A stretch of DNA of 64,000 bases from Leptogorgia sarmentosa. Its lineage: Eukaryota. The stretch is from NCBI GenBank assembly GCA_964658305.1, contig OZ210885.1, positions 25,172,001 to 25,236,000 of the forward strand, read 5' to 3'. Below the pieces are notes generated by a model. The model did no database searches, was not told the DNA's origin, and saw only the letters and a list, made by a program, of their open reading frames with translations. Positions 11,781-24,271 of this stretch are shown one piece after another; the first letter of the stretch is position 1, and the number at the start of each line of letters is the position of its first letter. Position numbers and translations under genes: made by a program.

Positions 11781-13748
11781 TTTAATACGGTTTATTATTT
11801 ATTTCAAATAATTCAAGAGTTTTGATTGGTTAAGAGCAGTGCAATAAATCCTCATATACGACATTATGATGTCATAATGTTGTATATGGAAAATTATACA
11901 ACATTATGACGTCGACTAATTTATTCTGCGTATGCCAAAAGCGGGAAAATTGTGGAAAATACAAATGGCTTCCTCAAAGGAAAGGTTCGCCAACCTTGGG
12001 GAAGCTGAAATCAGAAAATTGCTGGAAGACAGGGACTCAGTGAACACAAAAAAATCTACAAAAGGAAGCAAAGCGATTTTTGAAGAGTATCTACGAGAGA
12101 AGAAGCTTCACCATCCAGAGAATAGCGAAGAACTAGCTTCGGTTCTCAAAAGCTTTTTTGCGGAAGTGAGAAAAAAAGACGGGTCAGAATACACAAAAAA
12201 TTCGCTGTGTTCATTAAGATTTGGACTGAATAGACATTTTAAGTCTGTTTTCAACTACGATATTATCAAGGATAAAGAATTTGAGGAAGCAAATAGCGTG
12301 TACGAGGCTCAGTGCGTATATTTAAAGAAACAAGGACTTGCCAAAACCGAACACAAGCCGCCAATAGCCGACGAAGACATAAAAAAACTATATGAAAGCG
12401 GCGTTTTTAATACAGACAGTCCCGCTACTTTGCAAAACAAAGTGTTCTTTGAAATTTTGCTCTTTTTCTGTCATTGGGGAAGACAGAATCTTCGCCAACT
12501 AAAGAAAGACGACTTCGCTATTAAAACAAACGCGCAAGGACAGCGATGTGTTGTCAAGAAATCGGACGAACTTACAAAAAACCACCGGGTGAACGACGCT
12601 CAAGCTGAGGAAGGGGGAATGATGGTTGCGAACGATAGTCCATACTGTCCTGTGTATTCGTTCGAGAAATATTTGACCCATCTAAATCCATTCAACGAGT
12701 TTCTTTTCCAAAGACCGAAGCGTTGCAGTCCTTCTGACGGGATAATTTGGTATGACAATATGGTCGTCGGCGAAAACACGCTTGGGAAGAAGATGAAAGT
12801 ACTATCAAAAGAACCAAAGCTTTCCGTTGAATATACAAACCACTCGATTCGTGCAACCACAATTACAATCCTCAACAGAAATGGCTATGAAGCGAGACAC
12901 ATCATGTCCGTCAGTGGTCACAAGAGTGAGAGCAGTTTAAAGAGCTACACCAAAACGGGCGAATTAACGAAGAGCAGAATGGCGGGTTGTTTGTCTTCTG
13001 CAATTGATTCAAGTGAACATCACATAGCCGAAACTCCATCTAACGCCATCAACCCTGACATGTCTGCCCTGGCTATGGTAAGCGAAAATAATGATGAAGT
13101 TGGGCCTCTTTTAACAAGCTCACAAGAGGAATTGATCATGTGTGATTTCAGCTTCCAGACGACAACACAAACGTCCAAACAATATAATTTTTACAACTGT
13201 CAAGTTAACTTTAAGGCGTAAACTGTTAATATTTAGATTTGTGTGAGAACAATTGAACAACACTATTCATTTTGTCGATCATTTGTATTGTGTGTGTTTT
13301 CTCGATTATTTATATTTTTATATAAATATTGTGTTTATTTTCCCCGATTATTTGCATTTTTGTAATTATAAATACTCTGTATATTTGAATTGTTTATATT
13401 GAAATGTGAATGTAACATTCTTCCATGAGTTTCATATTAAGTTGAAAGAAATTTGTTTGATTTAATTTTTGTTTAGCTATGTTGAATTGCTCTGACTGCG
13501 ACCTTGAAATGTACAACAGCTATAAGAGCTTTCTCTTGTAGTCTGATTGGCTTATTCAATCTTGTGAACACTATATTATTGTTCTATTTTCAGTACCTTG
13601 CAATTGCGTGTTTTTGCAAGCGCTATATACAAATAAATAAAACAATTATTGAATTCGGTCCTCAGCCTTCGGCTTCGGCAGATAACACAAACCTCTGCCT
13701 TAATAATTCCTCATATCCTACTCGGCCTCATTCAATAATTGTTTAATA
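11781..13748 (+). mobile_element. Crypton (tyrosine recombinase) DNA transposon
   Basis: Single YR ORF, no TIRs, TTTAATA direct repeat at 11781 and 13742, short inverted repeats (AACAATTATTGAAT...ATTCAATAATTGTT) at the 3' end. Boundaries are inferred. Confidence 0.7.
11932..13221 (+). CDS. Crypton-type tyrosine recombinase (DUF3504/ZMYM-related), 429 aa; first catalytic Arg apparently mutated
   Basis: EVRKKDGSEY, TKNH, CPVYSFEKYL, WYDNMVVGENTL, YTNHSIRAT, MSVSGHKSESSLKSY. Confidence 0.88.
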   Translation: MPKAGKLWKIQMASSKERFANLGEAEIRKLLEDRDSVNTKKSTKGSKAIFEEYLREKKLHHPENSEELASVLKSFFAEVRKKDGSEYTKNSLCSLRFGLNRHFKSVFNYDIIKDKEFEEANSVYEAQCVYLKKQGLAKTEHKPPIADEDIKKLYESGVFNTDSPATLQNKVFFEILLFFCHWGRQNLRQLKKDDFAIKTNAQGQRCVVKKSDELTKNHRVNDAQAEEGGMMVANDSPYCPVYSFEKYLTHLNPFNEFLFQRPKRCSPSDGIIWYDNMVVGENTLGKKMKVLSKEPKLSVEYTNHSIRATTITILNRNGYEARHIMSVSGHKSESSLKSYTKTGELTKSRMAGCLSSAIDSSEHHIAETPSNAINPDMSALAMVSENNDEVGPLLTSSQEELIMCDFSFQTTTQTSKQYNFYNCQVNFKA

Positions 13749-13768
13749 TCTGTTTGATTACACACTTA

Positions 13769-14324
13769 CCGTAAATGCTCTAATAAACGCCCGGGGCGTT
13801 TAATAAATTTTAGCGGTTCTAGGGAGGGCGTTTAATAGATATGAGGCGTTTAATAGAGAGAGGCGTTTATTTCATCTCTATAACTTTACTGCTAAACAAA
13901 ACAAAACAAAAACTAAGACTATAACATGTATAGTTTCTGAGCCCAATTGATATCCCAGTTCATTGTGGTAATAATATAAAACGCTATGTACGAAAGAAAG
14001 TTGCCGACATATTGAATACAGAAATCAAAAGAATCAAGGAGCGATATCCGTACTTTGAGCTTGAAATCGAACAGGAGATTATAAGCACGCCACTGTTAAG
14101 CACGACAACCGCACAAGGCACCAAATAAATAAGTAATTTAGTGTTACTGTGTGTAGCGTTTCCTTTATAATTGCTTTAAGCATTAAGGCGATTCGGGGGG
14201 CGTCTATTAGATACGGGGCGTTTAATAGAGAGAGGCGTCTAATACAAACTTACCCATTAGTGGGGGGCGTTTATTAGATAAGAGGCGTTTATTTGATAGG
14301 GGGCGTTAATTAGAGCATTTACAG
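13769..14324. mobile_element. Tc1/mariner(pogo)-type MITE
   Basis: TA|CCGTAAATGCTCTAATAAACGCCC ... GGGCGTTAATTAGAGCATTTACAG; internal repeated GGCGTTTAATAG motifs. Confidence 0.7.
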
Positions 14325-14814
14325 ACTCTTAGAATTGATTTATTATAATATATATTGTATAGCTATAATATCAAAATATCAAATATAATACACTGTTAAA
14401 CTTAATTCAGCAGTCTGTATAACAAGTAACAACAACCAGTTTTCACCGCTTCTTCACGTCTGCTTGCATGACGGACAGTACCTAAAACCAAATCATGCAA
14501 TTTTCAAACTGAATAAGTAAGAGAATAATAGGGGAGGAAATGGTTTAGAGGTAAACAAAATTTTTGAATGTGGGCCAACCGAGCGTAATAAAACATAATT
14601 ATTAAATATGAAAATATGAAAAAATATCCATACGGCGGATTAATTTGAGTATATCGCATACCAAGCTTTCGGCACTTCTTTTAGTTTCAAACAGACCAGA
14701 TGGTAGTATCTGTTTATTGGACACTAAAGTATATATTCAAAATATATACGATGGTGTATGTGTTCACACTGTAAATGATTACATCTAAACACACACACAT
14801 ATATAATATTTATC

Positions 14815-14973
14815 ATTTATAGACCCGGAGCGAGGGGGATTCGGCGTAATATTTCCCGAAGTGATGATATTTTCCGAGGGGCTTTGCCCCTCGGAAAAAT
14901 GCATTTTTCCCTCGGAAAAATGCTGTTTACAAATGCTGTTTTTTCATTGGACAATTTGAATTTGAGGTATAAT
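14815..14973. repeat. Small hairpin-containing repeat fragment, possibly a non-autonomous Crypton-like element
   Basis: Hairpin TTTTCCGAGGGG-CTTTG-CCCCTCGGAAAA; 3' end matches 28376-28403; followed by (TA)n. Confidence 0.4.
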
Positions 14974-15800
14974 ATATATATATATATATACTATTACCTA
15001 TTTTCCTTCTTTCCTTCTTTTATTTTCACAAATCACCATTGAATCCTCCTCCTGCTTTGATCTGGCCTATAATTGGTAATTATTATTTTCGTTAATAAAA
15101 AAATTAATTAATGATATGTGAAAACATAACAGTAACGTTTTAGGCAAGACTGACTTTTTACATATGCAATATTTATAGTATTCTTTTCTTTCTATAATTT
15201 AATAAACCACAATTATTCCAAAAAACAGCTGGGAAAAATTATCACGCCGATCCAACTTGTTCAATATAGATTATGTGTATGTAAATGGGTGTATACGATG
15301 AAATTTTATACTACCTGATAGTTTGACTTTTTTTGCGAGTTTGTTGCCTTGCGGTGCATGTGCTCCTCTCCTTCTCCGACCATTGATGGTAGAAAACACG
15401 TCGTCTTCCTCTATATCACCAAATTCAACTGTTATAAAAATGTTATCAACTTACTCAGTACAACCATTTATCTAACATATGTTTGCGAGGTCAAGTTGGG
15501 TTCGACGGGCAGTTTATATGAATCTTGGCAATGTTTTCGCGGATTGTGTGCATTTTTTTCAAGAATCAGGGAATATTGTAGAGAATTGTTACAGTTTTAT
15601 CTTCGATTTGAACGTAAGTTTTATTGTTGGCATATTAGTTCGTTGTCCGAACAAGAAATTATTCACTAAAATGCGTAAATTCTTTGGACTTTTTAGCGAA
15701 ATGCATGGGATAAAAAGTAAATATCACCGCCAAACTTCCAGCCTTGGTGCGTCCTGCAAGTATGTTTATTATGTCTGTACCAGTAGCAAACAATCATAAG

Positions 15801-18800
15801 TTACTTACCACCTAAGGAGATACCACTATCATTCAATCCCGGTGTTAAATCAGCACTTAACTTGCATGAGACTACTGGTTGTGCTGGTACAACAACTGGT
15901 ACTGGTGCTGCAGCTAGTCGTGGTGGTGCTAGGCCTACGGCTGATGCTGGTGCTACGGCTGATCGTTTTGCTACGAATGGTCGTGGTTGTGCTACGGCTG
16001 GTACTGGTGGTGCTAGGCCTACGGCTGGTACTGGTGGTACGGCTGATCGTTGTGGTACGGCTGATCGTTGTGCTACAAATGGTCGTGGTTGTGCTACGGC
16101 TGATTGTGGTGGTGCTAGACCTACGGCTGGTGGTACGGCTGGTCGTGGTGATGCTGCAGCTGGTCGTGGTGGTAATACGACTGGTACTGGTGCTACATCT
16201 GATCGTGGTGGTGCTACGGCTTGTCGTGGTATTGGTGCTGCAGCTGGTCGTGGTGATGCTACGGCTTGTCGTGGTACTGGTGCTGCAGCTGGTACTGGTG
16301 CTGCGGCTTGTCGTGGTGGTGCTGCAGCTGGTCGTGGTGATGTGACAACTTGTTGTGGTACTGGTGCTGCAGCTGGTACTGCGGCTTGTCGTGGTGATAC
16401 TACGGCTTGTCGTGGCATTGGTGCTGCGGCTGGTACTGCAGCTGGTTGTGGTGATGCTAGGGCTTGTCGTGGTATTGGTGCTGCGACTGGACGCACTGTT
16501 TGAGTTTGTTCTGCGGCTAGTTGCATGGATTTAGTATCTTCAGGATTTTGTGCATTCACGTCTAAATTGAATGCTGCAATATAATAAATGATACAGATAT
16601 TTACAAGTGCTCGTTATTCATCGGTGTAAGACATGATGGGATTAAGAAAGTGACAGCAACCATTTGAATGGGAGATAAGAAGTCTTTGAACTCGTTAACC
16701 ACCATAGTTCATAAAATAGTTATTGATAATGAATGGCCTCAAAATAACTTAATTAAGGACAATACCTGTGCTAAAGATATCCCAACTTGCAGACCCAAAT
16801 GCTGAATGCTTTAAAAAGACACAATTCTTAGATTGTACTTCAACCCCATGTGGTCCCCTATTGATCTTGTCTCCATTTGCATATTTGTTGAAAAATTGCT
16901 TGCGACTGTTTGTGAAACCAATGTCAAGTGATCGGATCTCCTGCCTAATTTGATAATCGGGTGGAGGGGTGCTTCCATGATCACTGATCATCGCAAGAAG
17001 CCATTTCAAAGCAATGGCGACACAAGTTACTTTATTTGTACTGTCGTCAACCTTGATCATAACTTTAGGGTTCACACATGTCAGCATCTGCAGAGTATAA
17101 TATTTGGTGATAAAATAAAATATAAAATAAAATATGAAATAAAATATGAAATAAAATAACCTTTTGTATGGATATTTTGTAAACTTGTATGCACTGTATT
17201 AGTACATTTATTGCCATTGGTTCTTGGAATGTTCCCGATGAACAACTAGAGGACGCACACGGATCGTTGTTCTGTCTCAGCTGATAGCGACTCACCCTGT
17301 ACGGGAATATCGTTTCCTTGAAATACAAATAAGCATCGCTTGGTTGAAGATCCTCTATATCAGCCATTTCAATCACCTGGATACAAAAAGAACCCAGCCG
17401 ATAAATGATTTTGACCAGAATTTTCCCCTTACCAAATTTTGACTTAGTTTCAAAGTTGCCATGAGTTTGAAAAAGACATTACATTTGAAAAAAGGCAATC
17501 TTTATAATGCGGACGTTGAAATTTTGTTCGTTAACCTTTCTGAAAGTGTTCCCTGCATGTGAAAACCCAACTTCCTTAAACGAAAATGCTCTACGAAATG
17601 TTGACTTTGATGTTATACTGAAAATAATAAACTTAAAGACATTGCCAACCGGCTTATTTTATCGGAAAAACTTACGATTGATATACACATGATATGATGG
17701 TATATAATATACTTACCTTATCAGCAATGCGTAATTTTTCCAGCATCTGTCGTCCATGCATAGTTGTTTATTTCTGATTTGGCATAGGTATGGCACAAAC
17801 CTACCGAAACTAACCATCGTCCCGGTTGCAGCTGATGCTCTCCCAAATGCGTCAGTAAGACGATTTTCCGCTGCTTGTTGTTCTGCAATGCGATTGGGGT
17901 TACTCTCTCCCTGAACAAATACCACCAAAACCAAACGTCCAAGTATTCTGTAAACAATTGCACACAAGTTTGTTAGTCAATATTATTCAGATATTTAATT
18001 GGTGGTAATTGTTTAAATACCTCGGATCTTTACTCAACCAATCCAGCGTCTTATAGTTGACGGTGAGTGAAGGACAGGTTTTGGGCTCTGTTTCCTGAAG
18101 GCATGTTCCATCCTTTCCATTATTATAAAATGACATTGCAACATCTTCGAGAATATTTGGCATTTTAACGTCATCGACGACCAGCGGTAAAGACGACCTG
18201 CTGCATAGTCTTGACTGAGTGCAGCGGTAGACGCTTTTGTTTTTCCAAGACCATTAGCACCACATACAACAGGCAGAGGGCAGAATCCCAGGATGTCAAT
18301 TATACTTTCATAGTGTAAACCAAGCAATAAACTAGCTGCAATTAAAGGAATCATTTTAGAAGACAAAGCCTTTTATAACAATAGTGCACATGTTGGTAAT
18401 CGTACAAATGTTCCGGTGGAAATATTTTTCTTAATTTATTTCCATGAAACAGGGTTTCAGGATTTATTTCCATGAAACAGTAGGGTTTGAACTGTTTGTT
18501 ATTGATTTTCTTTTGCTACAATAATATAGTTTTAATAAATGACGCTAGCCATGCAAAACCCGCGCATGCATATAAACGAAGGGTTTAAAATAATACCAAA
18601 CTTACCAATAGTGAAAACACCTGCTGTACCATTGTTATGGATTACATTGAGCAATAACTTCACAATTTCACCCAGTGCAAGTGAGTTTAAGGGAAGTTTG
18701 ATACTGGGCATGTATCGGACCGACTTTCTTTTCCGACCATTGCCAAGTCCATGCTCATCTGCATCAAAAATCGTTTGGACCCAAATCGTCGATGTCACCT

Positions 18801-18935
18801 CTTCGTTTACAATTTCCCCATCCCCGTTCAATTGCAATTCCGGCCCGAAGATTCAAAAATCACTTTCAGGTTGTTTGCCCACACATCGAGCAGCCTTGTA
18901 GGTGTCCTGTTCACCATTTATGCAACATTTTCTGA
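15801..18935 (-). pseudogene. Multi-exon AAA+ P-loop ATPase resembling DUF927/P4-type mobile-element helicases, with a Pro/Ala-rich repetitive C-terminal exon
   Basis: Exons ~18935-18606, 18335-18021, 17950-17717, 17376-17200, 17087-16770 and 16575-15801. Walker A GANGLGKT, Walker B SLPLVVDD (after a frameshift), sensor-1-like LTVN, Arg-finger-like R-ILGR; in-frame stop near 18853. Confidence 0.6.
15870..16490. repeat. Degenerate GC-rich coding minisatellite (GGTCGTGGTGGTGCTGCAGCT-like units)
   Basis: Triplet-periodic units; the minus strand reads PRQAVASPRPAAAP-like repeats. Confidence 0.85.
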
Positions 18936-20335
18936 AAAATTATAAACACATCATTTGCAAAGGTAACAGTATGTGAATTGAAATGTTTGGACAAGTGTCG
19001 ACGACCTCCTGGTCCTATTCAAGCTTTTGAATAGGATGACATTTCATATAATGGATATCCTGATACCATGCCCATGGTTTGACCAAGCTATATTTTAAAA
19101 TATTACTGCAGCTAAAATGTGATGTTACTGTGTTCGACATATATACTGCCATACATGTATGGCAGTATATGTGAGTGAAAAGTAAAAATAATTATGTAAA
19201 GCTGTAAAGCTCTCCACTTTTTTTTTTCCCACCTAATTTTTTGTAATGTGCCGTTAGCAACCGTGAGCCATAATCGAGTATTATATAATCGAGATGCTGA
19301 CTCGAAATAAGGGTTGTATGCAATTTGCATTACCGTGGTTAACTTTATTTTAATACTCAGGGGAAAGCCCGCATTTGCATTCCGCCAAGCAGGACGTTTA
19401 TGTAAATACTTAGGACAGAACCGCCATACCTGCTCCAATATATTTCACTTTATAATCGAAATTTGCTGGGGATTTTTACATGTAGAAATAAACATATTGT
19501 AATAAACAACATATAGCTATACAATACAAATGAATGTGGAAATAATAGTTGTATGGTGGCCGAGCATTGCCATAAGGAAATTTGAAAAATAAAGTAGAAT
19601 TCAATTACTTTTTCAACTAAAAACAAAATGAAAGTCAAACAAAAGTAAAACGTTTTCAAATTAAATTCAAAATAAAAATAAAACAAAGCAAAAATAAAAC
19701 AAATTGAAATCAAAATCAAAATTCACATTGGCCTATCATTGCCATAGCCCATATAACTATTTCGTTAATAAGGACTCATCAGATGTTATTTTGTGTCAGT
19801 GTACTGGCCAAGTACGATTCTGGCATGTTATCCTTCAAATACAGAAAGGAATTTACACAATTTTCAGGAACAATTCTTTCTGGGTGTGGGATGATTTCCT
19901 TGCATCTTTCCCTGAATTCCGGCTCAAGATAGTCATCTTCTATTTCAAAGATCTGAGAGTGGTTGGCAACCTCTTCCAATTGTTGTTCTGTAACCATAAA
20001 CCCTTAAAAGCATGCAATATGTTTATTACAATCTGCAATTATTTAGTATAGCATATAATAGTAAGGTTCATGCACAATTACTTTTCATGTTTTTTTTATG
20101 ATAATTACCACATTCATTTAATCCATATTGCTCCGGAAAGTCATAAATGTGATTTGGGACACCATCAGGAAGAGAGGTGTCTCTCTGATTTCTAATCCTG
20201 TGGCTGTTCCAAACAGTTTCTCGAAATACATCAAGCTGGTGTTGAAGAACTGGAATGAATATAAATGCCAACATCATTCTAATAGAAAGAACAAAAATAT
20301 TAGACACAACCAACAAAATCTAATACTGTATACTG

Positions 20336-23300
20336 CAGGGTTTCCAATAGAAGCCGGCACACGGCGAATTTCGCCGCCTGTAGCATAGTCAATCGCCGGT
20401 TGTTTTTTGAATTCATAAAACAAAATATTTCCTCTTTACCACATAAACGTCAAAGAATTTTTTGCTTTTAATACATGAATTTTAGTTGAAATTCTTGGTT
20501 AAACAAAGGAAATACGCTCTAGCACAACTAGCTCCACCAAAATGATATTCAAATTTAAAAAACATGATTGCGAACGATGTTGTAAACCGGTGTCCCTGTT
20601 TTGAACTATAGACTGAGGTCAGCGGTGATCTATCGCAAAAATAAATACTTCATATTACCTCGTATATTATTATACAGAAAATTTCAATTCTCAAAACAAA
20701 AACATTAATAATTCATGAAGCGATTGCGAACAAACACCCTTTTGGATTATTTTACAACGACTCAAAGGATTAATAATACAGGTAACCGTAAAATCAATTG
20801 TATTTTTATTGTCTTATTGTCATAATAGTAGTTGTTTCATTTTCAATAAATAATGAAATGTATCCAAAGTATTACGGTCACGGTGTTTCACCAGATTTGA
20901 TTAAATATGAATGTTGATATATTGATTATTGACAATTGTATTTTCGTAGTAAAATTCAGTGAGGTTTAGTTTAATGATCTTACTAAGATCATGAAGTGCT
21001 TTATTTTCTTGTTGAGTTTAATTTGTATTTTGTAGATGCTAATATCACTGCTAGTTCAATAAATGCTGCATCGGTTGCTGACACAGATACTCTTTTACTT
21101 CCTTTCTCCTCATTAGGTTCCACCTCTAGTACATCAAGTTCTGCCTGTGAATCAAGTTCTGCCTCTACATCGGGTTCTGTCTCTACATCAAATTCAACTC
21201 CTGACTGTCCTCCCCCTCCCAGTTCAGTTCCTTTGATCTCTCCAGTTTTACAACCTTCTGGTTTAACAACACCAAGCCCTCATTCAGTACCCTCAACCAC
21301 CTCTGAAAAGGAAGTCTTTGATTTTCAATCCGAGTTACAAGACTTATTTCCTTCTATTCCCGACACATTAGTACATCATTACAGCAAATGTTGCCAGTCA
21401 AACTGCTATAGTCTATCTAATTCAGAGATTGAAAGAATAAAAGCTAAAGGAAGTAAGGACAAATTTGCGCATAATTGGATCAACGATAAATCTTTAGCTT
21501 GGTGTACTAAATCAAATCTAGCATGGCTTATTTATGTAGAAGAGCGAGGGATGTTCTGCTTTTTGTGTATGAAGTATGGGACTTGTAATCGACAAAACAA
21601 ATCATCTACTTTTAATGAAACACCTAGTGTTCGTTTCAAGAAGTCAACTATACGTGAGCATGCAAATTCACAGCAGCACAAAGATGCTATTGAGGCAAGA
21701 TTTCAGAGTGGAAGATCAGTTTTTCATAAACAGCTCCTTCAAAAGGACAAAAGCAATGAAGAAGTTCTCTTTAAAGTATTTTCCTCAGCTTATTGGATGG
21801 CAAAGGAAGAGATAAGCAACAGAAAGTTTTCTTCCTTGGTAACGCTTTTGAAACAGCTGAAGCTCCCAAACATGGAATATTTTACTTACACGGGGAACGA
21901 AACTGTGAGAGATATTTTTATAGTTCTTGGAAATGCTGTTGAAAAAAGGGTGTTAAATCAGCTATGCAACGCAGGCACGTATGGTTTACTCAGTGATGAA
22001 GTCACTGACATAGCAGTTATGGAAATGTTGATTACATTTGTGCAGTTTTTTAATCAAGAAACTGACAAAGTCCAAACAAATTTTCTGTCTGTCAACAACA
22101 TCTTGGCTCAATCGGACAGTGCTAATGCAGAGACAATCTACAAGATTCTAGTTGATATGTTGACGTCTCTTAACATTCCAACAGAAAAGCTAAGTTCTTT
22201 TGCCTCTGATGGGTGTTCAGTCATGACTGGTAAGAAGAGTGGTGTAGCACAACGTTTAAAAGTTGGTTTAAACAAATCCATTCTCTCATTCCATTGCATT
22301 TGTCACAGACTAGCTTTGGCATGTACAGACGCAAATGTAGAAGTCAAGTACATTGCAGACATGGAATTATGGTTAAGGCAATTATGGAAACTATTTGAGA
22401 ACTCTCCAAAACGGACTGCTGCTCTATATGAAGTCCAGGTCAATCTTAGCAAGCTTCCAAGTGTGTCAAAAAAAGCACGAACAGCTGTAACAAGAAAACT
22501 GAAGAAGGCATGTAAAACACGATGGCTGTCATTTGATGCTGCTGTAGATGCAATGTTCAGTGAATATGTTGCTGTTTTGCAGACATTGAACAACATTGCA
22601 AATGATCCTGTTGCATACGGACTGCTTCAGAAAGTTAAGACCGTAAAGTTCCTTGGTGCTATCTACATTCTTCATGAAGTTCTGCCCATTCTTGCAACTC
22701 TAAGTAAAGTTTTTCAGAAAGGCTCTGTAAACTTTTCGTCTATTGACCCTGCCATAAAGTACAGTCTCGCCAAGTTAACAAAGATACAAGTTACCAACTC
22801 TCCAATTTCCCGACTTAAAGTAGATCTGTCTAGTGCTGGGAGGTTGCGTTTTGTAGCCGAGGAGATCAGCTTCACACAATCTAAAGAACAAGAACTTAAG
22901 AACCTGACAGCCAAGTACATAATGGCCCTCACAGAAAACATTAAGATACGGTTTAACAACTCTCTTCCAGTGGTTTCTGCATTTGCCATATTTGACCCTC
23001 TTGCAACTCCAATGGCTAACGAAGATGGGTTTGATGAATATGATAAGGATGAGATTGAGACTATGGCAAATCACTTCTACAATAATAAAGATAAAGCTGA
23101 ATCAGAAGCTGCTCTAGACAGAGCATCGGAAGAATCTGATGATTTATCTGATGATGATCCGAATGTAACAAACTTGAATAAACAACTGTCTGCAGAATGG
23201 GAAAAGTTCAAGTATGACTTGAACTTCTGGAAGAAAAGTATCCCAGAGCAAGTGAAGAAGAGTAAAAAGATGACTGTGACAGAATGGTGCTTAAAGAGGC

Positions 23301-24271
23301 TAGTTAAACTTAAAACATCTTATGGTGCTGTCTATCCCCTTCTAACAAATATTGCAGAGATTTGTTTGGCAATGCCAGTCAGCAATGCTTGGCCTGAACG
23401 TGGCGCAAGTGCAGTCAAGAGAATCAAAACAAGGCTAAGAAGTAGAATGAAAGTCGACCTGATGCAAGCAGCACTTCAAATATCAATAAATGGTCCTGAC
23501 ATGGGCAGTGAAGAGCAAAGAGACGTCATAGAATCAGCAATTCAGCAGTGGAAGGAAGCCAAGAAACGTAGAAAACTTCCCAAATGTATTTTGCCCAAAA
23601 ATGTAGTGGAAGCTGAAAAGCAAGCAGCAGTTGTTGAACAAGTTGATGCCTCTATACAAACACAAGGAATGGAAGTAGACATTGACACTGATGATCCTTG
23701 GATGACCGTTGACGAAAATGAAGTTGATCTATTGTCAACAGCACTGAACCTTACTGACAGTGACTGTGACAGCATCAGTGAATTACGAGAATGGGAATCA
23801 GACAGTGATGAGTCTGTCCTAGATTGTTAAAATTTTGTTACGCACCAAATAACGCACATTATTACCAGTGTACCTACTGTAACTACATCTATCTACATCT
23901 ATCTAATCAAGTGAAGACTATTAGTCTATCATAAATGTTCCAATTTGTTCGGTTGTTTAAATACATGAAGTAAATAACACAAGCGGAAGCCTTTTTTAGT
24001 TTAGGGATTCTCAGTCAGTTAGAAACCCCAGGTGTGATAAAAATCGTACGATCACAGAGCATGTTTTGAGACTGTTCCAAAAATTTTCCAAAATGTGTCC
24101 TCAGAATACTGTAAATGCCATTTCAGGCACCCAAATTTGAAAAATTTTCCTGAAGACCTCCCTAGGAATCTTGCGCCTCTGGCGCTCGGCACATGCTTTC
24201 TACTGGTCCCAACAGATAGCCGCCTATTTCTTTCAAAAAGCCTCCTACTCCAAATTATATTGGAAACCCTG
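20336..24271 (+). mobile_element. hAT transposon with a 6-bp flanking duplication
   Basis: TIR CAGGGTTTCCAATA / TATTGGAAACCCTG; ATACTG on both sides (20330-20335 and 24272-24277). Confidence 0.9.
20996..23830 (+). CDS. hAT transposase (ZNF862-like), uninterrupted ORF; probably spliced at the acceptor near 21035
   Basis: MFCFLC...H...H zinc finger, LSDEVTD, SDGCSVMTG, HCICHRL, TRWLS, NAWPERG dimerisation region. Confidence 0.92.
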   Translation: MLYFLVEFNLYFVDANITASSINAASVADTDTLLLPFSSLGSTSSTSSSACESSSASTSGSVSTSNSTPDCPPPPSSVPLISPVLQPSGLTTPSPHSVPSTTSEKEVFDFQSELQDLFPSIPDTLVHHYSKCCQSNCYSLSNSEIERIKAKGSKDKFAHNWINDKSLAWCTKSNLAWLIYVEERGMFCFLCMKYGTCNRQNKSSTFNETPSVRFKKSTIREHANSQQHKDAIEARFQSGRSVFHKQLLQKDKSNEEVLFKVFSSAYWMAKEEISNRKFSSLVTLLKQLKLPNMEYFTYTGNETVRDIFIVLGNAVEKRVLNQLCNAGTYGLLSDEVTDIAVMEMLITFVQFFNQETDKVQTNFLSVNNILAQSDSANAETIYKILVDMLTSLNIPTEKLSSFASDGCSVMTGKKSGVAQRLKVGLNKSILSFHCICHRLALACTDANVEVKYIADMELWLRQLWKLFENSPKRTAALYEVQVNLSKLPSVSKKARTAVTRKLKKACKTRWLSFDAAVDAMFSEYVAVLQTLNNIANDPVAYGLLQKVKTVKFLGAIYILHEVLPILATLSKVFQKGSVNFSSIDPAIKYSLAKLTKIQVTNSPISRLKVDLSSAGRLRFVAEEISFTQSKEQELKNLTAKYIMALTENIKIRFNNSLPVVSAFAIFDPLATPMANEDGFDEYDKDEIETMANHFYNNKDKAESEAALDRASEESDDLSDDDPNVTNLNKQLSAEWEKFKYDLNFWKKSIPEQVKKSKKMTVTEWCLKRLVKLKTSYGAVYPLLTNIAEICLAMPVSNAWPERGASAVKRIKTRLRSRMKVDLMQAALQISINGPDMGSEEQRDVIESAIQQWKEAKKRRKLPKCILPKNVVEAEKQAAVVEQVDASIQTQGMEVDIDTDDPWMTVDENEVDLLSTALNLTDSDCDSISELREWESDSDESVLDC

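Noticed and set aside
15842..16503. Plus-strand ORFs rich in L/V or G/T/A/R
   Set aside because: Shadow frames of a stop-poor triplet repeat; the splice signals and neighbouring exons favour the minus strand.
11932..18935. One element containing both the recombinase and the AAA+ helicase (prophage/ICE-like)
   Set aside because: The Crypton seems to end at 13748, the genes are eukaryotic in structure, and no shared boundaries are visible; not supported, though not excluded.
20996..23830. Host ZNF862 gene
   Set aside because: Bounded by TIRs and a target duplication, so it is a transposase.
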